The translations under genes and the position numbers were made by a program. Under the pieces are notes generated by a model, which was given only the letters and a program-made list of their open reading frames with translations, searched no databases and had not been told where the DNA came from. DNA of 64,000 nucleotides from an uncultured delta proteobacterium (lineage in GTDB: Bacteria > Desulfobacterota > WTBG01 > CAIYCZ01 > CAIRTM01): assembly GCA_963723235.1 (NCBI GenBank), contig CAVRPV010000019.1, positions 84,064-148,063 of the forward strand, written 5' to 3'. Below, one piece after another: positions 56,998 through 64,000 of the stretch; the stretch's first letter is position 1, and each line of letters opens with the position of its first letter.

Positions 56998-57234
56998 GGG
57001 AGGCATGGCCTTTTCAGACCATACCCTGTCGGCCGCGCTTCATAGGCTTTAAGCCCGTAGAGCTTCGCGGCTCGGAGATAAAATATCTTTCAGCAGAGCC
57101 CGTTTAGCTCTGCACTATCATTTTATTTAGAATACAGCCCCTTCCTGTGTGCCGCACCGTTCGCGGAATGCCGCATTTTTCTCAGGGGGCCATGTCGATG
57201 ATGCAATTACAGGATATAGAAAACAAAAGACTAT

Positions 57235-57295
57235 GTCAAGCCAAATTAGTCATTATTGGTAATATTAAGTTATTATAGGTTAGTTTAAATTCACA
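57235..57295 (+). promoter_or_regulatory. Conserved AT-rich element E2, in the promoter region of the porin-cytochrome operon
   Basis: GTCAAGCCAAATTAGTCATTATTGGTAATATTAAGTTATTATAGGTTAGTTTAAATTCAC; compare with E1. Confidence 0.5.
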
Positions 57296-57423
57296 AAATA
57301 GTTTTGCAGCCCAGGCGCAAAGATGCCGATACAGGGCCGTCTGCATGGTGGTTAGCACAGAAACTGATTGTGCAGTGGATCTCAGCTGCGGCGGAATTTG
57401 TTTGATGGAGAAATGACGCAGTA

Positions 57424-58342
57424 TTACGTTGCGGCTATGAGCTGACCAGTGGCCGATGTGTCATATCCGCCCATTTTATCGACCTTCATTTTGAAGACTT
57501 CAGACCGGACAACCTGAAGCAGGGCATCAATCGGCCCTGCTGAGATGCTCTGTTTGGGAATGATCAGGTCGAAGCGCTCTTTGGCAAGATACACAAAATC
57601 AAGGCCCAGCATTTTTGCCGCGGTCAGAATGCCCATGGCCGCGTCCGCTGATCCGCCGAAAACAGCAAGGGCCGCCTCATTATGAGTGGAAACCTCGTTC
57701 TCATAGCCGGTTATCTGCCCGGCATCAATGCCCAGCCGCTGCAGCTCGGCATCAAAAAACAGGCGCGTTCCCGAACCGCTCTGGCGGTTGATAATGCGCG
57801 CGCCGGAACCGGGCAATGTCGGCGACGTGTTGCTATGTTCAGAGGATTGCCGCGCTGCACAATCAAGCCCAGGTCGCGATACACAAGATTAATCACCACC
57901 ACTGCCGTGTCCGGCAGATACTTTGCCAGATACGGCACATTGTAGCTGCGGGTTGCCGGGTCGAACAGATGTGCGCAGGCCACATGGCAGATGCCGCTTT
58001 GCCAGGGCAATAAGCCCGCCGGCGCTGCCCACATTGTGAAACCGAAAGACTCAAGTCCGGGAATGCCTGTGGTCAGCTCATGGGACAGCAGCTCCATGCA
58101 GAAATCATGGCTGCCCATGGCCACGATATGGCGTGCCCGGCTGCGCCGCTTTACCCTTTCATCGACACATTTTCTTCAGCGTTTTTTATTATCCAGGCAT
58201 CGATCAGCTGTTTTGGAAATGTCCATTTGCCGGTAATGCGGGTTGCGGGTATTTTTTTATCCTGAATGAGCTTGTACACCTGCTTTTCATTGATATTGAG
58301 ATACTCAGCAAGCTCTTTGGTGTTCAGCATTTCTTTATTCAT
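57424..58342 (-). CDS. TunR-family (COG1910) transcriptional regulator: excisionase-type HTH plus a periplasmic-binding-protein-like oxyanion-binding domain; frameshifted
   Basis: N-terminus MNKEMLNTKELAEYLNINEKQVYKLIQDKKIPATRITGKWTFPKQLIDAWI. The C-terminal PBP-like domain lies in ORFs 57711-58124 and 57424-57816. Confidence 0.65.
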
Positions 58343-58507
58343 TGATGCGTTCCCCCGATGATGGAAAGCGTTGTTTGATCTCCTGCGAAAGCATACCCCA
58401 CATTGCAAAAAAAATAAAGGCTTCTGCAACCTCACGCAGCGCCGCCGCTTCCCGGAACGCAAGCTGTTTTTCTTACAAGAAATTCCAAGTTCCCCGCCCG
58501 AATGTGC

Positions 58508-58558
58508 TATAATGTTTATCGAAGAATGGATTCGGCCACGCCTGTTTGCAAAACAGGC
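58508..58558 (+). promoter_or_regulatory. Sigma-70-like -10 box (TATAAT, 58508-58513) followed by a perfect 19-bp palindrome GCCTGTTTGCAAAACAGGC (58540-58558)
   Basis: Located in the divergent region between the regulator gene and the small ORF / MoSto-like gene. Confidence 0.4.
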
Positions 58559-58647
58559 AGAGATGCCGCTTATTTTAAACGCAATAGTTTCCGGAAGACA
58601 GTGGAAGGAAAAAGAGGCCACCAACCTACTCAAGAAAGGAAAATACC

Positions 58648-58863
58648 ATGGCAGGAATAATGTTTTATCGTGAGCGCACCAAAATCGGCGAAGGCAAAAA
58701 GGCCCCTCGCTATGTAATGGTTGCGGTGAGCGGTGTAGATTTAAAGTTTTACGCCAAGCATGTGCGCAAGCAGGAGCTTGACCAGATCGCGACAGCGGTC
58801 AAGGCCAAACTGGTTGAGCTGAAGGTCGACAAACGAAAAAAGCAGGACAACGTCGAATGCTGA
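58648..58863 (+). CDS. Small basic hypothetical protein (71 aa)
   Basis: Good RBS (AAGGAAAATACCATGG). Sits immediately upstream of the MoSto-like gene. Confidence 0.4.
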   Translation: MAGIMFYRERTKIGEGKKAPRYVMVAVSGVDLKFYAKHVRKQELDQIATAVKAKLVELKVDKRKKQDNVEC

Positions 58864-58873
58864 AGCTGCAATG

Positions 58874-58907
58874 AGGCCCTCGCGCTCAGGCGGAGGGCCT
58901 TTTTTTC
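58874..58907 (+). terminator. Rho-independent terminator or attenuator
   Basis: AGGCCCTC-GCGCTCAGGCG-GAGGGCCT followed by T7. Confidence 0.7.
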
Positions 58908-58919
58908 CAGGGAGAGGTC

Positions 58920-59750
58920 ATGGCACTGGTGCGAGACAAAGACGGCAAGCGGCTGCACGTAAAAAGCAAGCTCATGGGTGAAAGCCTGGTGAGCAAAAAA
59001 TTTATCGACGGGCTGGACACGGCTCCGCAGCGCCGGCTGTTCCCTGACATTAATATCCTGAAGATCGGCGGTCAGTCAATTTGCGACCGGGGCGCCCATG
59101 TGCTGCCCGGCATCATAAAAGAAATTGCGGCCAATAAGAAGAAGCACAAGCTGCTCATCACCACCGGCGGCGGCACACGCAGCCGCCACATCTACGCCAT
59201 CGGCCTTGAGATGGGGATGCCTGTGGGCGTCATCGCCCGGTTCGGCAGCACCATTTCCGAACAAAACGCCCTGCTGGTCTCCATGCTGCTCGGCCCCTGG
59301 GGCGGCATCAAAATCACCCATGCCGATCTTGCTGAAGCTGCCCAACTATTACGTGCAGGGCTGCATCCCGGTCACGGCGGGCATGCCGCCCTATGACCTG
59401 TTTGCCCTGCCGCACGGCAAGAACCGCATCCCCCTGCACCGAACCGACGTGGGCACGCTGCTGCTTGCCGACCTCACCGGCGCCCGCAGCTGCATTTTCA
59501 TAAAAGATGAAGAGGGTCTCTACACCGAGGACCCAAAAAAAAACCGCCGCGCAAAACTTATCCCCGCATAAGCATCTCGGAACTTATAAAAAGGGATCAG
59601 GATGATCTCATTATCGAGCGGCCATGCCTTGAAATCATGCGCAACAGCGAAGTGATCCAGAAAATCCAGATCATTAACGGCATGAAAAAGGGCAATATAA
59701 CCGCAGCACTGAACGGCAAACATGTGGGAACGATTATTTTTAAGGATTGA
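58920..59750 (+). CDS. Molybdenum/tungsten storage protein (MoSto, MosA/MosB-like) homologue of the amino-acid-kinase family; two frameshifts (frame 0, then +1, then 0)
   Basis: KIGGQSICDRG; HKLLITTGGGTRSRHIYAIG; GMPVGVIARFGSTISEQNA; then GMPPYDLFALP..IPLHRTDVGTLLLADL..IFIKDEEGLYTEDPKKN; then ..VIQKIQIINGMKKGNITAALNGKHVGTIIFKD. This matches recalled Azotobacter MosB blocks; the match is from memory, not from a database search. Confidence 0.6.
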
Positions 59751-59825
59751 GCATAAACAAGTTATACAGAAACCCGCGCTGCCAAGAGCATCATGCGGCT
59801 CATAGGGTGAGGAAGCAGAAAACCC

Positions 59826-60912
59826 TTATGCATGCGCTATCATGTGCACGGCCGTTGCCTTGAAATGAAGCAACAACCGAACCGCCCTCTGCAAGGCCCA
59901 TTTCCTCCCGCGAGCGATGGGTAATATGCGTGGAAAGAAAAAATCCGCAGTCGAGCTGCACCTTGAAAAAATGGCCCATGGGAATAAGCCGGGTGATGGT
60001 GCCGGTGAAGCAGTTGCGGGCGCTGGTGCGTCATGGCGGCCGGGCAGGGCAAGGGTCACATTTTCCGGCCGTATGCACAGGATGACCGTCTGCCCGGCAG
60101 CTGCAGTCGCCCACGCATTCAATAAGCTGTATCTGCAACAGCGACGCTCACCGTGCCCTGACCGGCCTGCACAACACGGCCCTTCAGCACGGTGCCCATG
60201 CCGACAAAGGAGGCCACGAATTCATCAGCCGGAAAATTCATAACATCTGCCGGGGGCCCCATCTGCACCAGTCGGCCCTGCTGCATCACGGCCATGGTAT
60301 CGGCAAGCCTGAGCGCCTCTGCCTGATCATGCGATGACATGACCACAGCAATGCCGGTTTCCCGGAATATATGTGTCAAGATCATCGATAAGTGCTTCGC
60401 GCGTGGGCGGGTCAAGGGCTGAAAAAGGCTCATCGAGAAACAGGATTTCAGGCCGGGTGGCAAAGGCCCGGGCAAGGCTTGTGCGCTGGGCCTCGCCGCC
60501 CGAGAGCTTGCGCGCCGCGCGCCGGGCCAGATGGCCGATGCGGAAGCGCTCGAGGTTCTGCTCCACCCGCTGCCGGATCTCCTGCCGGGGCAGGCCCCTG
60601 ATTTTAAGCCCCGAGGCCACATTGTCATACACGGTCGTGTCAAACAGCAGGGGCTCCTGAAACACGGTTGCCGTGCTTCTGCGAAAGTCAAGTATTGAGC
60701 GCCCGGTCGGCTACCGGCTGGGATTTAAACAGAAGCTCGCCTGCCTGCCGCTCAAGCAGGCAGCACAGCGTCAGCAGCAGCGTTGATTTGCCCGAGCCAT
60801 TGGGCCCCACAAGGCACACAATTTCGCCCTGCCGCAGGCAAAACCCCGGCACATCAAGCACCCGGACCCCGCCGCGCCGGACATCGATATTTTTAATTTC
60901 AAGAATGTGGCT
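59826..60912 (-). CDS. tupC: Tungstate/molybdate ABC transporter ATP-binding protein with a C-terminal TOBE-like domain; frameshifted
   Basis: VGPNGSGKSTLL, LSGGEAQR and ILFLDEPFSALD. The post-ATPase ..FVGMGTVLKGRVVQAGQGTVSVAVAD.. / ..VILCIRPENVTLA is a TOBE-like fold. Confidence 0.7.
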
Positions 60913-60921
60913 GCTCGCTGT

Positions 60922-61621
60922 TCATCGGGGCCTGTCATGCTGCTGGATATGGGTAAGGATATAATTGACGGCAAAGGTCAGGACGAGCAGAATGATGCCA
61001 AGGGCAATGGCGATATCGAAATTGCCCTTGCTGGTTTCCATGACCGTGGCCGTGGTGAGCACGCGGGTATAGCCCTTGATATTGCCGCCCACCATGATCG
61101 ATGCGCCCACTTCGGAAATGACGCCGCCAAAGCCGGCCATAACAGCCGCAAGCAGGGGCAGGCGCGCTTCGCGCATAAGCAGCCAGATCATCTGCAGCCG
61201 CGTGGCCCCCAGCGCCAGTATCTGCAGCCGCAGGTTGCGGGGCAGATTCTGAATGGCCGCAACCGTAATGCCCGCCACAATGGGCGTTGCGATAACAGCC
61301 TGCGCCAGGATGATGGCCCCGGGCGTGTAGAGCATTTCAAGAAAACCCAGGGGCCCGTTGCGCCACAGGAAAATCGTCACAAACAGGCCCACCACAACGG
61401 GCGGCAGGCCCATGCCCGTGTTGATAAGGCTCACCACCAGATTCTTGCCCCGGAAGTCCGCCAGGGCAAGACAGATGCCGGCGCTCATGCCGATAAACAG
61501 GCTTACAAGCGTTGCCGCACCCGACACCTGCAGCGACAGAAGCGTTATGCTCCACGTCTCCGGGTCAAGCGTGACACAGCAGCACAACAGCCTGCCAGAT
61601 GCCTTCAAAAATCAGATCCAT
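60922..61621 (-). CDS. tupB: Tungstate/molybdate ABC transporter permease
   Basis: CysT/ModB-type permease with ..IMVGGNIKGYTRVLTTA.. Confidence 0.7.
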
Positions 61622-61814
61622 AGCTATAACAATGCCTTGCCGCATATTTCTCACGTATTGATCTGCGAGCTCGCATCATGCGGATTGACATCTGCCATGC
61701 TCAAGCACGAAGCCCCCGCTGTTCGGGCGGGGCTTTAGTGTTGAAATATTTTAAAAAAGATTGCAACTCATTGTGCCAGATACTAAGCACACCCGTCGAT
61801 ACGCCTGCCTCTTG

Positions 61815-62655
61815 TTACTTCCCGAGGCTTTCAACCGTTTTGCCCGCATCGGGGGTGAACAGGGCTGCGCCGAACTTTTCAACGCCGAAGGTGCCGATCA
61901 GCTTCTGCGTGGCCGGGGCGACCATAAAATCGGCAAATGCCTTTGCGCCCGCCGCGTTCACTTTGGGCCATTTCTGAGGGCTGACTTCAATAACATGGTA
62001 CATGTTCAGAAGGCTCTTATCGCCCTGGCACAGAACGGCAGGCCCAGATTTTTCTGCAGGGAAAGATAGGTTCCCCGGTCGGCAAGGGTATAGCCCTTTT
62101 TTCTCCGCGGCTACTGCCAGGGTCTGGCCCATGCCGAGGCCCGTCTGCTGATACCAGCTCTGGCCGTCCGGCTTTACCCCTGCGGCCTCCCAGATCTTCT
62201 TTTCTTTTGAATGCGTGCCTGAATTATCCCCCCTGGATATAAACAGGGCACTTTTTTCAGCAATCAGTTTAAAAGCCTCGGATGCGGTTTTTGCAGCCTT
62301 TACGCCCGCAGGGTCATCGGCCGGGCCGATGATGATGAAATCATTGTGCATCACAAGCTGGCGCCGCGATCCGTTGCCCTCGTCCATGAATTTCTTCTCA
62401 TCAGCAGGCGAGTGCACCAGCAGCACATCCGCCTCGCCCTTGGCGCCCATGGCAATGGCCTGGCCGGAGCCGACCGCTATGGTCTTCACAAAATAGCCGC
62501 GTCTGTTTTTCAAACACCGGCAGCAGCGCATCCAGAAGCCCCGAGTCCTGCGTGCTCGTCGTGGTGGCAAGAATGATATTTTTCGTTTCAGCAGCCGGGC
62601 TGTAGGCAGGCGCTGCCAGCAGAAAACCTATGCCCAGAAGCAGGGCGGCAGTCAT
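61815..62655 (-). CDS. tupA: Tungstate ABC transporter substrate-binding protein (TupA/WtpA-type); frameshift near 62490
   Basis: Signal peptide MTAALLLGIGFLLAAPAYS and the ILATTTSTQDSGLLD signature. Confidence 0.7.
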
Positions 62656-62950
62656 GGTGTACGCGTGCTTCTTCTCATGGTCATCTCCTTCTGTTCGGTT
62701 TGTCTGCACATGTTTCTTTACTGCCTCACGCGTAAAAACTCTTTTTTGATACGGAGCATATCATCTGACGGGGCGGCGGTCTGCCGCCGGCCTGCAATAG
62801 CCCCGTTTGCAATACAGCCATTGTATTACCCCTATCGGTTTGCGGCACTAAGGTCACCGTGTCAATAACAAGTTGTCCTGAAGTGAAAAACCCGCCATGA
62901 GCAACACCCGCTTCTCAGCGTGGAGCAACGATACATAAAAAAATATACGC

Positions 62951-63010
62951 GGTCAAGCCAATTGGTTACTATTGGTCATTTAAAGTAATTTTTGGTTCTA
63001 TTTATTCTAC
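62951..63010 (+). promoter_or_regulatory. Conserved AT-rich element E1, in the divergent tupA / phoU-like promoter region
   Basis: GTCAAGCCAATTGGTTACTATTGGTCATTTAAAGTAATTTTTGGTTCTATTTATTCTAC; compare with E2. Confidence 0.5.
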
Positions 63011-63208
63011 TCAAAAATAACAATTACCCGACATAGGCAGTACCGGCACAGGCTGCCGGGCAACAGGAAGCTTTTTAAGTCTTGATTTGCATACGATAAA
63101 AATGCTAAAAGTCTAATGCTAACTTACGTAAATACTTTAACAAGATTTAGCAGGCAGACAACTCCGCACATTGCATAACCGCACAGCCAACCCAGGGGGA
63201 ACCGGCGC

Positions 63209-63895
63209 ATGGATGGTCATATTTACAAGTCATTCGACAAAGAGCTTCATGATTTAAAAGAACGGCTTCTTGTGGTGGGCGGCTGCGTGGAACGCTCAAT
63301 CCGGGACGCAGTCCGGGCGCTTGAGGAGCGCAATTCCGAAGTCGCCCAGCGCATCATTGACGACGATGATACGGTTGACACCCAGGAGCTTGAAATCGAC
63401 GAGTTCTGCCTGCGCCTGCTTGCCCTGCGGCAGCCTGCGGCCCGCGACCTGCGCATCATCACGACAGCGATGAAGGTCAACTATGACCTTGAGCGCATCG
63501 GCGACATGGCCGTGAACATCGCCGAGCGGGTGCTGGAGCTCAACAAGGAACCCCAGCTCAAGCCCTACATAACCCTGCCGCAGATGGCCCTGTCCGTTCA
63601 GCAGATGCTGCGGGACAGCCTCAATGCCTTCATAAACGAAGACCCTGTCGCTGCCCGTGCCGTGATAAACGAAGACGAAAAGGTCGACCACGCCCTGAAA
63701 CAGATTTACCATGAGCTGGTAAACTACATGGCAAGTGACTACGGTTACGTGCCGCGGGCCACGCGGCTTCTGTTCATTTCCAAATACCTTGAGCGCATCG
63801 CCGACCATGCCGTCAACGTCGCCGAACTGGTGGTGTTCATGGTTGAGGGAAAAATCCTGCGGCACCACAAGCACCATGAGGCAGAAAAAGAATGA
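63209..63895 (+). CDS. PhoU-family protein (second paralogue)
   Basis: Two PhoU repeats with ..DLERIGDMAVNIAERV.. and ..YLERIADHAVNVAE.. Confidence 0.8.
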   Translation: MDGHIYKSFDKELHDLKERLLVVGGCVERSIRDAVRALEERNSEVAQRIIDDDDTVDTQELEIDEFCLRLLALRQPAARDLRIITTAMKVNYDLERIGDMAVNIAERVLELNKEPQLKPYITLPQMALSVQQMLRDSLNAFINEDPVAARAVINEDEKVDHALKQIYHELVNYMASDYGYVPRATRLLFISKYLERIADHAVNVAELVVFMVEGKILRHHKHHEAEKE

Positions 63896-63897
63896 TG

Positions 63898-64000
63898 CGC
63901 AAACTGGCACCAGTGCTGCTTGCCGGGCTGTGCCTGCTGACCGCAGGCTGTGGCGACGCTGCAGAAAAAGGACGCCTACGGCAAGCATGTCGTCAATGTA
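63898..64000 (+). CDS. Lipoprotein N-terminus (MMRKLAPVLLAGLCLLTAGCGD..), truncated by the window end
   Basis: Signal peptide with an LTAGC lipobox. The ORF runs off the window. Confidence 0.35.

Overview
This window is a GC-rich, Desulfovibrionales-like (sulfate-reducer-type) chromosomal segment with a pervasive sequence-quality problem. Many clearly recognisable genes, including the essential rplM and rpsI, are split across reading frames by apparent single-base indels, and a 47-nt poly-G run sits at 14641-14687. Every multi-ORF gene call below is therefore a stitched reconstruction, and interruptions should be treated as assembly error unless reads say otherwise.

The window divides into five parts:

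1. Housekeeping genes (1-8 kb): a class II aldolase, rplM-rpsI, argC, a CoA-acylating aldehyde dehydrogenase with a small acyl-carrier-like protein, and a UbiB kinase.

2. A phosphate-starvation (Pho) supercluster (about 13.7-31.7 kb): a PAP2 lipid phosphatase, a TIGR00661-type glycosyltransferase, alkaline phosphatase, an OlsF-like bifunctional aminolipid acyltransferase, and a PHP-phosphoesterase/GT4-like fusion, followed by pstSCAB-phoU-phoBR. Three promoters in this cluster carry TTAAC direct repeats at 11-bp periodicity, which I read as candidate PhoB boxes.

3. A giant secreted protein (38.3-42.6 kb) of about 1400 aa containing a beta-propeller, FG-GAP/VCBS repeats and an EGF-like Cys-rich stalk, with a tandemly duplicated C-terminal domain. 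It lies directly downstream of a sigma-54 two-component system and palindromic candidate enhancer sites.

4. An outer-membrane module (49.7-57 kb): two tandem porin paralogues, then an operon of an OprO/P-type anion porin and a diheme cytochrome c / CarboxypepD_reg / Cys-rich / Asp-rich-repeat protein.

5. A tungstate/molybdate locus (57.4-63.9 kb): a TunR-family (COG1910) regulator, a single-subunit homologue of the molybdenum storage protein (MoSto), tupABC and a second PhoU.

A conserved 55-60-bp AT-rich element recurs in three promoters of parts 4 and 5 and is a candidate operator that would tie the porins to the tungstate regulator.

I see no CRISPR arrays, transposases, integrases or tRNA/rRNA genes.
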